This document shows positions 52,275-62,021 of a stretch of 64,000 nt of DNA, one piece after another. The stretch comes from an uncultured Flavobacteriales bacterium (lineage in GTDB: Bacteria; Bacteroidota; Bacteroidia; Flavobacteriales_C; GCA-002722245): assembly GCA_963933885.1 (NCBI GenBank), contig CAWVWF010000002.1, positions 124-64,123 of the forward strand. Direction: 5' to 3'. Within the stretch, counting starts at the first letter, position 1; each line of letters starts with the position of its first letter. Under the pieces are notes generated by a model. It had not been told where the DNA came from, did no database searches, and saw nothing but the letters and a program-made list of their open reading frames with translations. The translations under genes were made by a program, and so were the position numbers.

Positions 52275-52820
52275 ATGAAAAGTTTATTAATAGCAGTTTC
52301 CATTTTTTGTGCAACTAGTTTATCAGCACAAAAATATTACACTAAAACAGGAACTACTTCCTTTGAAGCATCTGTTGAAGCATTTGAGTCAGTAGAAGCA
52401 ACAAGTAAAAGTACCACAGCAGTTTTAAATACAGCTACAGGTGATATTGCAGCTTTAATATTTGTAAAATCATTTCATTTTGAAGTCGCTTTAATGGAAG
52501 AGCATTTTAATGAGAATTATCTTGATACTAAGGATTTCCCGAAAGCTACTTTTAAAGGTAAATTAGCGAATTTTGATATAAGTAAAGTAACTAGTGAATG
52601 GACAGAATTTACGATGACAGGGACTTTAAAAATTAGAGGTGTTGATAAGGCTGTTAATGATGTTATAAAACTTAAAAAAGTTGGTGATAAAATTCTTGTT
52701 TCAGGAGTTCTAATAGTATCACCAAGTGATTTTAAAATAGAAATACCAGGAGCAGTGAGTTCAAAAATATCAAATGAAATTAAAGTAATAATGAATTATG
52801 AGCTTGTCGAAAAAAAGTAA
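52275..52820 (+). CDS. YceI-family periplasmic protein (paralog 2)
   Basis: Has a signal peptide and the YceI signature LMEEHFNENYLDTKDFPKATFKG. The start was taken at the Met preceding the signal peptide. Confidence 0.75.
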   Translation: MKSLLIAVSIFCATSLSAQKYYTKTGTTSFEASVEAFESVEATSKSTTAVLNTATGDIAALIFVKSFHFEVALMEEHFNENYLDTKDFPKATFKGKLANFDISKVTSEWTEFTMTGTLKIRGVDKAVNDVIKLKKVGDKILVSGVLIVSPSDFKIEIPGAVSSKISNEIKVIMNYELVEKK

Positions 52821-53184
52821 AACCATTTTAACTGGTGTATTTATAGGAGTTATTGTCGTATTGTTTGGAATAACTAAGATTGTGTATGCACCACATGAAA
52901 AAACAGAAGATATAGAAGCTGTTTATAAAGGGAAAGCATCTGATTTCATTTCTAATATAGGAACGGATTCAACAATTACAGCAGGGATAATCATTGAACT
53001 ATCCGGAGAAGTAACTACAATTGAGGATAGCACAGCAACAATTAATAATAATATATTTTGTCAATTTTCAGGTCTGAAAAACACTTTTAAAGTAGGAGAA
53101 AACATCCTTGTAAAGGGAAGGTTTATCGGTTATGATGACTTAATGGAAGAAGTGAAATTGGATAATTGTATCCTTAAGAAATAG
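52798..53184 (+). CDS. membrane-anchored OB-fold protein (tRNA_anti-like/BOF-type)
   Basis: 128 aa. An N-terminal TM helix is followed by a pattern typical of this family (ATINNNIFCQF...ILVKGRFIGYDDLMEEVKLDNCIL). The start overlaps the YceI stop by 23 nt. Confidence 0.5.
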   Translation: MSLSKKSKTILTGVFIGVIVVLFGITKIVYAPHEKTEDIEAVYKGKASDFISNIGTDSTITAGIIIELSGEVTTIEDSTATINNNIFCQFSGLKNTFKVGENILVKGRFIGYDDLMEEVKLDNCILKK

Positions 53185-53187
53185 ACC

Positions 53188-54045
53188 ATGATTAAGAAAT
53201 TAATTTTATCAGTTGTATTATTATCAACTATCAATAGCTGGGGGCAAGAAGACGACTTGTTGGGTGAATTAGAAGCAGATGCCGCACCAGCTGAAGCTTT
53301 TGAATATCCAGCGTTTAAAGCTATGAAAATCGGAAATCTACAATCTACTAAGGTGTCTGCAGGAGGTGATATGTATATGTATGTTTCTCATCGATTTGGA
53401 ACGTTACAAGATGGTGTATCAACTTTTTTCGGTTTAGATAATGCAAATACAAAAATTCAATTATTGTATGGTATTGTAGATGGTTTTCAAGTAAGTCTAA
53501 GTAGAGAGTCTTTACGTAAAACTTATGCTGGAGCAGCAAAGATTAAAATTAAAGGACAGTCAGATGAGTTTCCTTTAGTTATAAGCGCATATACAACGAT
53601 TAATTATAATTCCGCTGTCAGTAAAACACAATACCCTAATATCTCGGATATTGATAGGTTAAGCTACTCAACACAATTGTTGTTAGCAAGAAGGTTTTCA
53701 GATAGATTATCATTGGAACTTGCTCCTACTCATGTTAGACAGAATATCGTTTTTGAAACAGGACAAGACCATGATATATTTGCATTGGGAGCAGGAGGAC
53801 GTTTCAAGTTGAACAAGCGAATTAGTTTAAATGCTGATTACATTTATAATTTCAATAGAGTTGAGAATTCGATTTATAAAAATCCATTAACGATAGGAAT
53901 GGATATCGAGACTGGAGGACATGTTTTTCAGTTGTTGTTTTCTAATGCACAATCTACAAATGAACCTTCTTTTATAAGTAATGGTGAAGGAGATTGGACA
54001 GAGGGAGATATTTTCTTTGGATTTAATATAGTAAGAGTTTTTTAA
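53188..54045 (+). CDS. predicted outer-membrane beta-barrel protein (DUF5777-like)
   Basis: 285 aa with a signal peptide, alternating amphipathic beta-strand pattern and a C-terminal aromatic residue (F). Confidence 0.55.
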   Translation: MIKKLILSVVLLSTINSWGQEDDLLGELEADAAPAEAFEYPAFKAMKIGNLQSTKVSAGGDMYMYVSHRFGTLQDGVSTFFGLDNANTKIQLLYGIVDGFQVSLSRESLRKTYAGAAKIKIKGQSDEFPLVISAYTTINYNSAVSKTQYPNISDIDRLSYSTQLLLARRFSDRLSLELAPTHVRQNIVFETGQDHDIFALGAGGRFKLNKRISLNADYIYNFNRVENSIYKNPLTIGMDIETGGHVFQLLFSNAQSTNEPSFISNGEGDWTEGDIFFGFNIVRVF

Positions 54046-54330
54046 GAGATACCATTAAGTTTTTTGTTGGATGAGTTTCATGAAATTTTCATCTGTTGTT
54101 CTAGCTATAAACCACTCTTTATATAAGTAATACTCATTTTGAGTGTGTTCCGATTTATCGATTTCTAATTGATTTTCAATTTTCATGATTAACTGCTTTT
54201 CTTCAGTAATAGAGAAGCTTTCCTGTTTAGCTGTTTTAGAAAAATGATTGATTACTAGCGTAGCTATTTTTGAAACCTCAATTTTATGATTTTGCTTAAA
54301 CTATCTAATATTATCAACTCCAAACGCCAA

Positions 54331-55551
54331 CTATTTCCAATTGCTCTTCTGATACTCAAATTGTAATTGCATTATTTGTATTGCAAATAACCATTCAAAT
54401 TCTTTTGACTTTTGACAATAGACGGTGAACGACTCCAGAAATTTATTGAATAATTTCTCTTGATTATCAAAGAAGAAACAGATCAAAAAGAAATAGTTAA
54501 TTTGTCCACGCGTATTGAAAGGAAGCTTCTCTTTTTCTTTTACAAACCAAGGTGAAATTTGATCGATAATGAATTTAGCACCTTCATCAAATTTTTTGTT
54601 CCTCATCATTTCTGCTAAAGAATTGGAATAGAAAGTAAGCCATTTTTTTGCCGTCACGGGAGAGTTTTTATATCGATTATTAAGGTTTAGATTTATTTCC
54701 ATATCCTTTAGATTTTCAATACAGTCTTCTTTTAGTTCTAAATGAGAAGAGAATAAGTAGTTGTTACTTAGTGTTTTATATAATGATTGAGGGTTCAGGT
54801 CTTGAAATGTTTTATTGTTTACAATTAAGTCTTTAGATTGTTTGATATATTGATAGGCTTCAAGGTAATTTCCTTCTTGTCTGTATGATAATGCATTGAT
54901 TGTATTTCTTAATAATTGTAAATCGATATTATTATTTACTATTTCAGGGTCTACAGATAATGAATGTTTATTATCTGTTTCTGTTTTTAGCCCTTGTTCT
55001 GTTTTAACCTTTAGAATTGATACATGATTAATCATTTCACACCAAGTTTTTAACTGAAGAACTATTGTATTTATCTTCTCAGATAATTCAATATTTGTTT
55101 CATATTCATTTTTCTCTTGGTTGATTTGATACTTCAGCTTTTGATTAATAAGTTGAATTTCAAGATTGTTTGTTTCATCAATTACTTTTTTCAAAAGTTT
55201 CAATCTTTTCAGAGCTTCCTTCTTTAGCCCTTTGTGATATAAGAGATGAAAATCAATAATTCGATTATGAATTTGTATTCTTAGATCTCCTTCAGCATGA
55301 TAATTCCGTAGTGATTTAAGAATAAGGTTGTATAAGTAGTTTTTATTCCTTGAGAGGTTCTTTGAAGTAGATCTAGGTAATAATTTGAACAGTTCTTTTT
55401 CAGAGTATGTTTTCATTTTTAAAAGGATATTAAAAATGATTAGATATTGATTTTGGTCTGTTGAATTGATTTCCCTTTTGAAGTATACTAATTCATTCTT
55501 TTCCATTGAATGAATCAGTTTAAATAGTGAGTTATTGGGTTGGTTACTCAT
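54331..55551 (-). CDS. large all-alpha hypothetical protein (paralog of 24417-25874)
   Basis: 406 aa. The N-terminus (LFKLIHSMEKNELVYFKREI) aligns with that of the 485-aa protein (LNKIIQSLNKEEVRFYKLYS). Helical, Lys/Asn-rich. Confidence 0.5.
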   Translation of the reverse strand: MSNQPNNSLFKLIHSMEKNELVYFKREINSTDQNQYLIIFNILLKMKTYSEKELFKLLPRSTSKNLSRNKNYLYNLILKSLRNYHAEGDLRIQIHNRIIDFHLLYHKGLKKEALKRLKLLKKVIDETNNLEIQLINQKLKYQINQEKNEYETNIELSEKINTIVLQLKTWCEMINHVSILKVKTEQGLKTETDNKHSLSVDPEIVNNNIDLQLLRNTINALSYRQEGNYLEAYQYIKQSKDLIVNNKTFQDLNPQSLYKTLSNNYLFSSHLELKEDCIENLKDMEINLNLNNRYKNSPVTAKKWLTFYSNSLAEMMRNKKFDEGAKFIIDQISPWFVKEKEKLPFNTRGQINYFFLICFFFDNQEKLFNKFLESFTVYCQKSKEFEWLFAIQIMQLQFEYQKSNWK

Positions 55552-55721
55552 AAATATCCCTTTAATTTTACGCTTATAAATGTATAAACCTGGTGTTTAA
55601 TACCTTTTAATAATACGGTTTTTCGACTTAATAATTACGTCTTCAAATTTGTAGTTAAATTTCCAATTAGTAACAATTACGGTTTCTGTAGTTTTAAGGG
55701 ATGTACCTTAAACCTTAACAT

Positions 55722-56482
55722 ATGAAAAAGTTTACACATTAATTTTAGGAATGATTGCTTTACATTTTAACGTAGATGCTCAATGTCTTCCAGTATTTGC
55801 TCCTAACACATTCTATTGTTTTATTGATGGAGTGAAAATAGGAGATATCGACAACCAAAACTTAGGAAAAGATCCTTTTCTATCTTATGCTGATTTCAGT
55901 AACCTGACTACTGATTTAGTATTAGGAAGTACACAAACTATTGAAATTGGAATAGGTTCTTTTCATGAGGTTGCTGTTTACATTGATTATAATCAAGATA
56001 ATATTTATGATGCTTCAGAAAGAGTTGTTTTTCATCCTACAAGTTGGGCAGATTGGGATTCGAAATTAAATTTTCAATTTACAGTTCCATCATCTGCTTT
56101 AACTGGCAGTACTAATATGAGAGTAATTGTTGTAGAAGATGGATTCCCAATTGAACCATGTTATTTCGAAGATTAATTTTCAGCTGGGGAGTCAGAAGAT
56201 TATTCAGTGAATATCACAGGTGCTGCAACTGGAGTTTTAACTACTCAGTCTTTACCTGTTTCAGTTTATTATGACTATTCATCTAAAATGTTACAAATTA
56301 CTGGAGATGATATTACTTCTGGGCAATTAACTATTTATAGCTTAACTGGGAAGGTTATTCTTCAGGAGAAAAACTTAATGACAAATCAGCAAATTTCAAT
56401 GTCGTTAATGAATTCAGGAATTTATATTGTCAAGATTGAAAAAGGAGGTTTAGTATCCTCTCAAAAAGTAGTAGTTAAATAA
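55722..56482 (+). pseudogene. disrupted T9SS cargo gene (signal peptide, GEVED domain, Por C-terminal sorting domain)
   Basis: ATG at 55722 gives MKKFTH, then hits TAA. A 1-nt shift restores ...LILGMIALHFNVDAQ, a typical signal peptide. An in-frame TAA at 56174-56176 interrupts ...EPCYFED*FSAGESEDYSVNITG (the GEVED motif). The C-terminus SGIYIVKIEKGGLVSSQKVVVK is a T9SS C-terminal domain. Confidence 0.6.
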
Positions 56483-56546
56483 TACTGTGCCTTAACTGAC
56501 AGTTAGACCTTTGCATACCCTTGCAAAATCTAGTTTTGATTACCCT

Positions 56547-56579
56547 TTAAAACCTCCCCTGCCTAGGGAGGTTTTTTTA
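56547..56579. terminator. bidirectional terminator between convergent genes
   Basis: 8-bp stem AACCTCCC/GGGAGGTT with a 7-nt loop, followed by T7 and preceded by an A-run. Confidence 0.7.
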
Positions 56580-56646
56580 ATATATTAACTGGAATTTTTC
56601 ATTTCTGAAATAGGCTCATCAATTTTTCATTGAAATGAAAATACGG

Positions 56647-57852
56647 TTATATTTTTTCACTAACTGTATTACAGATGTATTCACCTATACTAAGACATGC
56701 TGTAGCAGCAGGTGAAGGAGCATTTAAAACATGAAAATGATTTCCTTTTTCTTCGATTTTGAAATCATAAACCAATCCACCATTCGCATCAAGAGCTTGA
56801 GCTCTTACACCAGCCCTAGCAGGTTTAATGTCTTCCATTGTTAAAGATGGAATCATTTTTTGAAGTGTTTGAAGGAATAATTTTTTAGAGTATGCACGTT
56901 TATATTCAAGTAATCCCTTTTTCCAATGCTTACCAAATAGCCTCCATAAACCAACGTAGCTTAATGCATCCATTGAGTCTTTTAGATTGAAGTCAGAACG
57001 TTTATATCCTTCCCTTTTAAAAGAGAAAACAGCGTTAGGACCACACTCAACACCACCTACTACCATTCTAGTAAAATGGACTCCTAAAAACGGGAATTCT
57101 GGATCTGGTACTGGGTATATTAAGTGTTTAACTTTGTGTATTCCTTTTTCAGTTAAATCATAATAATCACCTCTAAAAGGAACAATTTTAAGATCTAATT
57201 TTATTTTGTCTTTTTTTGCTAATCTATCTGCATGAAGACCACCACAAAAAACTACAAATTTGGAAGAGAACTTTGTTTGATTGGCAGTAATAATACTTTT
57301 ACCGTCTATTGTCTCAACCTTTGTTACTTCGTGCTTTGTTAAAATTTTTGATTTAGGATTAATCAAAAGTAATTGCTCAGCCATTACTTCTGTCATTTTA
57401 CGATAATCAATAATCCCGGTAGTAGGAACCCAAATTCCTTTAACACCAACTACAAAAGGTTCTCTTTCTTTAATTTGCTCACCACTAATTAATTCGATGC
57501 CTTCACAACCGTTAGCCTGTCCGTTAGCAAAGATCTTTTCTAAAATTGGTATTTCACGCTCTTCTGTAGCAACAACAACTTTCCCGCATATATCATGAGG
57601 GACATTGTATTTCTTTGCAAACTCTATCAAGTCACGTTTTCCCTTCATGCATAATTCGGCCTTTTTACTGCCTGGCTTATAATACAATCCGCTATGAATA
57701 ACTCCAGAGTTATTACCTGTTTGATGATCAGCTAAAATATCATCTTTTTCAAAAATTACAATTAATTTTTCAGGGTACTTTTTTTGAAGCTGATAAGCTG
57801 TAGCTATTCCTAATATTCCTCCTCCAACAATTGCAAAATCGTAATTATTCAT
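56647..57852 (-). CDS. lhgO: L-2-hydroxyglutarate oxidase / FAD-dependent oxidoreductase
   Basis: 401 aa with an N-terminal FAD motif (DFAIVGGGILGIATA). The length and pattern match LhgO-like enzymes. Confidence 0.6.
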   Translation of the reverse strand: MNNYDFAIVGGGILGIATAYQLQKKYPEKLIVIFEKDDILADHQTGNNSGVIHSGLYYKPGSKKAELCMKGKRDLIEFAKKYNVPHDICGKVVVATEEREIPILEKIFANGQANGCEGIELISGEQIKEREPFVVGVKGIWVPTTGIIDYRKMTEVMAEQLLLINPKSKILTKHEVTKVETIDGKSIITANQTKFSSKFVVFCGGLHADRLAKKDKIKLDLKIVPFRGDYYDLTEKGIHKVKHLIYPVPDPEFPFLGVHFTRMVVGGVECGPNAVFSFKREGYKRSDFNLKDSMDALSYVGLWRLFGKHWKKGLLEYKRAYSKKLFLQTLQKMIPSLTMEDIKPARAGVRAQALDANGGLVYDFKIEEKGNHFHVLNAPSPAATACLSIGEYICNTVSEKI

Positions 57853-59176
57853 ATTTGATAGGTTCTAACGAAGCTTGGTTTCTTAATTTGAATAGTAAAA
57901 TTAATCCAAAAAAGAAGAAAACTCCTAAACCTAGAACTGCATATCTAACATCTTCAATAATTAATAAAAGTGAACCATAGGAGAAAGTACCAATAGTGAT
58001 TGCTACCTTTTCCAGGATATCATAAAAACTAAAGAACGAAGCATGGTCATCAGTTTTTGGCAGTAGTTTAGAATAAGTTGATCTACATAAGCTTTGAACT
58101 CCCCCCATGGCAAATCCCATGAAAGCTGCTAAGCAATATAGCATTGGTTTTGAAGAGATAATAAAAGCTGCAAAACATATTATCAAGTATACAAAGGTTG
58201 CTGAAGAGAGCGCGATGATGTTTCCTTTTTTATCTGATAATTTAGAGAATAACATTGATCCAGCAATTCCTAAAAACTGCATGATAAGAACTATAATTAT
58301 TAATTCAGAAGTAGCCATTGCTGGTTTTCCTTGTGCAATTAATTCAGCAGCACCATCAAATGTTTGAGCTATACGAACTGCGAATGGGTTGGCAATTATA
58401 ATGATGGTTTGAACACCTAGAGCAATCATGAAAAAAGCAATTAGAAACTGCTTCAGCGCCTTATCTTGAAAGATTTGTTTACCAACAATTATAAGTTCTT
58501 TAAAGCCTGCCAATAACAATATTTTAGTAGTCAATTCATCACCTTTTGCTGAACCTTTGGGTAATACATTAAATGTCCATCTAGCCCATCCAAACCACCA
58601 AAGTCCAACAAGAACAAAATAGTACCTAATAAAACTCTTATCTAATACTTCAATTAGAATAAGGATAAGAATTAATAATAAGGAACTTCCAAAATAACCA
58701 AAAGCGAAACCTTTAGCACTAATTTTATCTTGAAATTTCGGAGGAACTATTTCTGGTAAGAAAGCATTATAAAAAACTAAACTTCCACTAAATCCTATAC
58801 TTGCCATTATTGCTAAAAACAATCCCAGTTCTAATCTGTCGGCAGTGAAAAACATTAACAAACTACAAGAAATAGCTCCTAACGTAGAGAAAAACTGCAT
58901 GAATTTTTTCTTGTAACCACCGTAGTCTGCGATTCCAGAAAGAACGGGAGTTAAGAATGCTAATATTAAATAAGAAAAAGACATTGCCAGCGTCAATAAA
59001 GACTCGCTGTGTTCAAAGTGAATTCCTAGGAAATCAACACCATTTTTGTAATTTCCCATGAAAACTGCTGGGAAAATTGTGGAAACGATTACAAGATTGT
59101 AAGCTGAATTAGCCCAATCAAACATGATCCAACCTTTAATCTGTTTTTTCCTTGAAATAGTTGTCATATCGATCAA
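57845..59176 (-). CDS. MFS transporter (UMF1/Atg22-like family)
   Basis: 443 aa with 12 TM helices and the N-terminal motif WIMFDWANSAYNLV. Confidence 0.65.
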   Translation of the reverse strand: MIDMTTISRKKQIKGWIMFDWANSAYNLVIVSTIFPAVFMGNYKNGVDFLGIHFEHSESLLTLAMSFSYLILAFLTPVLSGIADYGGYKKKFMQFFSTLGAISCSLLMFFTADRLELGLFLAIMASIGFSGSLVFYNAFLPEIVPPKFQDKISAKGFAFGYFGSSLLLILILILIEVLDKSFIRYYFVLVGLWWFGWARWTFNVLPKGSAKGDELTTKILLLAGFKELIIVGKQIFQDKALKQFLIAFFMIALGVQTIIIIANPFAVRIAQTFDGAAELIAQGKPAMATSELIIIVLIMQFLGIAGSMLFSKLSDKKGNIIALSSATFVYLIICFAAFIISSKPMLYCLAAFMGFAMGGVQSLCRSTYSKLLPKTDDHASFFSFYDILEKVAITIGTFSYGSLLLIIEDVRYAVLGLGVFFFFGLILLFKLRNQASLEPIKYE

Positions 59177-59226
59177 ATGTAAACATTATAATGATATTTC
59201 TAACCTAGATGAAAAGAAAGAAATTC

Positions 59227-60903
59227 CTATTTCAAATAAACCTCTGAAAGATCTAAATAGAGTAATTTATTAAGTGGAAAACCTTCTACATTACTATCTA
59301 CTAATCTATTCACTTCTTCGTACCAGAGTACTATAATTGGTGCTTCCTCCATTAATAATCTTTCAGCTGAAGCAAAACTTCTATTGGCATTTTCGGAATC
59401 TACAGATCTTCTTCCTCTATCCATCATTTTATCAAATGATCTATTTTTAAACCTTGTAGTGTTGGGGTATGACGGAATGTCCAAATTGGTTGGAATACCT
59501 TTACTGTAAAACATATTTAAGAAACCTTCTGGACTTTCATATTCGGAAACGACATATGAAATAGCTAGTTCACTTCTAGCATATCTGGTTTTTTCTAACT
59601 TATACCTTTCAGGAACTATATTGATTTTTAATTGAACCCCTAAATGCTGGTCTAATTGGAGTTGTAATTCATTTGATATTCCTTGTGCTTTAAAATCATT
59701 TTCGCCGATTTCAATTTCTAACGATGGAATTTCATCAAAGTTAGCTTTGTTTAAATATGCCTTAGCTGAATCTAAATTGTAGCTATATCCATTTATTCTT
59801 CCCGTTCTATATTCTAAAATACTTGGATGAGTGATCCCTATATTTCCTATTTTCCCTCTTGTTTCACCAAAAGCAATATGGGTTAAAATTGATTTGTCTA
59901 TTGCATAATTTAATGCCTTTCTAAAATTCTTGTTTTTTAATTTAGGTGAATTTAAATTACACTCAATAAAGCAGGTTGATAAGAAGGTTGAATTTTGCAA
60001 CTTTATTTTTTTATCAAATAAGTCTTTGTGATCTTTTAGAACTCTTTTTACAGCTTTAACTGAAAGGTTTAAGGCCGTTGAAAGTTCTCCTTTTGCAACT
60101 GCATTCATTTGCTGCTTAATTCCTAATTCAAAAACAATTTTAATTGAATCAAGAAAAGGTAATTGGTTTCCAAACTTGTCTGAACGATGGTAATTTTTAT
60201 TTTTAACTAAAATATATTGATCATTATAAGAGTCAAATGGTTGAGGAATAAATGGCCCTGTTCCTACTTTGTTTTTAAGACCATATTTCATTACTGCTTC
60301 CTTAGCTATTATTCCGAAATTTACGCTAGCTATTTTTTTTAGAAATGAGGAATTTGGTTTGTTTAATTTTATTTCAAGTTGATAATCGTTTATTCTTTTT
60401 ATACCGCTAATATTAGAACCTTCTCCATTAAAGTAAGAATCAGCTCCGGTTACCACGCCTTTTAAAGCGTTGTAGTAAGAAGAATTAATTAGTTGATTAG
60501 TACAGAGTTGTTTGAATGTAAAAATAATATCGTCGGAAATCACCTCTCTACCAACTCCGTTTTCAAAACATGGGTCATCGTGAAAGAAAACGCCTTTTTT
60601 TATGTTAAAAGTATACGTGAAATTATCAGGATTGAAGGATATCTTTTCAGCTATACAAGGCATAACTTCAAGATTTTCCGCATCTAATTTTACTAATCCT
60701 TCAAAAACTTGAGACGCAATTCTTTTTGCACTTGGATTAGAAATTAATGGAGGATGAATTATATTAATTCTATTGTTTTCGCAGTATTTAAATACACCAC
60801 CGTAATTTTTTACAATCTCTTTTGAGTTTTCACTTGAGCCACAGCCTGACAATAATGTCATTAGTAATATAACACTTCCCAAAAATCTCCTTTTCACAAA
60901 CAT
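59227..60903 (-). CDS. ABC transporter substrate-binding protein, peptide/nickel family (SBP_bac_5)
   Basis: 558 aa lipoprotein (LLSGCGSS). Its length and composition fit an OppA/DppA-like family 5 SBP. Confidence 0.65.
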   Translation of the reverse strand: MFVKRRFLGSVILLMTLLSGCGSSENSKEIVKNYGGVFKYCENNRINIIHPPLISNPSAKRIASQVFEGLVKLDAENLEVMPCIAEKISFNPDNFTYTFNIKKGVFFHDDPCFENGVGREVISDDIIFTFKQLCTNQLINSSYYNALKGVVTGADSYFNGEGSNISGIKRINDYQLEIKLNKPNSSFLKKIASVNFGIIAKEAVMKYGLKNKVGTGPFIPQPFDSYNDQYILVKNKNYHRSDKFGNQLPFLDSIKIVFELGIKQQMNAVAKGELSTALNLSVKAVKRVLKDHKDLFDKKIKLQNSTFLSTCFIECNLNSPKLKNKNFRKALNYAIDKSILTHIAFGETRGKIGNIGITHPSILEYRTGRINGYSYNLDSAKAYLNKANFDEIPSLEIEIGENDFKAQGISNELQLQLDQHLGVQLKINIVPERYKLEKTRYARSELAISYVVSEYESPEGFLNMFYSKGIPTNLDIPSYPNTTRFKNRSFDKMMDRGRRSVDSENANRSFASAERLLMEEAPIIVLWYEEVNRLVDSNVEGFPLNKLLYLDLSEVYLK

Positions 60904-61121
60904 CCGAAACTATAAATTAATGACCCAAAATTATGGTTTCAGAACGATTAAAACAAGCGCTTAAACGTTTCATTTTAAAAATAGTTACAGTTTGTGGCAT
61001 TCTATTTGAATTATTATTTGCAAGGAAATTGCTCGATATTTTGATATTCCTGCGTTTTTATGTTATTATTGTAAACTTTCCGTAAATGGAAGAAGAGTTT
61101 GACTCAGAATATTTTTAGGAT

Positions 61122-61943
61122 ATGAAGAAATCATTAGGATTAGTAGTATTGGGAATTGCATTCATTTCAAGTGCGTTTGCGCAACAAGAAATGGTATTGG
61201 AAGGAACTTATCAAGGTAGAAACTTATATGTTCAAAATCCTTTTGCCAGTTCAGGTGTTGGTTTTTGTATCGTTGGTGTTGAAGTTAATGGACAAACATC
61301 AATTGATGAAATTAACTCAAGTGCATTCGAAATTGACTTTTCAAGTTACCAATTAAAAAGAGGAGAAGCAGTTCAAATTAAAATCGAATATAAATCTGAT
61401 TGTTTTCCAAGGGTTGTAAATCCAGAGGTTTTAAGGCCAACTAGTTCTTTTGTTGTTACTAAGATGAATGTTACTTCTTCTGGAGTGATTTCATTTACTA
61501 CTACAGGTGAATCTGGATCTTTACCATTTGTAATCGAACAATTTAGATGGAACAAGTGGGTTAAGGTTGGAGAAGTTAAAGGGAAAGGTACAAATGGTAC
61601 TAACGCTTATACTTTTAAAGCAAAACCACATTCAGGTAAAAATAAGTTTAGAATTAAGCAAGTTGATTTTTCAAGAAGACCAAGATATTCAAGAGAAATT
61701 AGATTAACTAAGTCGTCAACTGAAGTTGTTGTTATTTCTAATTCAGACAAGCAGAAAGTGAACTCTGCATTATTATTTGCTACTGTGAGTGGTGCTGAAG
61801 TTGCTACAATGTATGAGATCTTTAACGGTTTTGGAAGCCTTGTTAAGAAAGGATACGGTAAAAAGGTAGATCTAACAGGTTTAGATAAAGGAGTATACTA
61901 CGTAAATTATGATGCTAAAAGTGAGAACTTTAGAAAGATTTAA
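61122..61943 (+). CDS. secreted protein with probable T9SS C-terminal sorting domain
   Basis: Signal peptide plus a C-terminal ...VDLTGLDKGVYYVNYDAKSENFRKI that matches the Por_Secre_tail consensus (G-Y-hydrophobic run, terminal K). Confidence 0.5.
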   Translation: MKKSLGLVVLGIAFISSAFAQQEMVLEGTYQGRNLYVQNPFASSGVGFCIVGVEVNGQTSIDEINSSAFEIDFSSYQLKRGEAVQIKIEYKSDCFPRVVNPEVLRPTSSFVVTKMNVTSSGVISFTTTGESGSLPFVIEQFRWNKWVKVGEVKGKGTNGTNAYTFKAKPHSGKNKFRIKQVDFSRRPRYSREIRLTKSSTEVVVISNSDKQKVNSALLFATVSGAEVATMYEIFNGFGSLVKKGYGKKVDLTGLDKGVYYVNYDAKSENFRKI

Positions 61944-61961
61944 TAAGGTCATATTAAACTC

Positions 61962-62002
61962 ATAAAAAAAGCCATTTCGTTATTCGAAATGGCTTTTTTT
62001 AT
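61962..62002. terminator. bidirectional terminator
   Basis: AAAAAAAGCCATTTCG/CGAAATGGCTTTTTTT perfect stem flanked by an A7 run and a T7 run. Confidence 0.8.
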
Positions 62003-62021
62003 GAGTAATACTTTGATAGAA

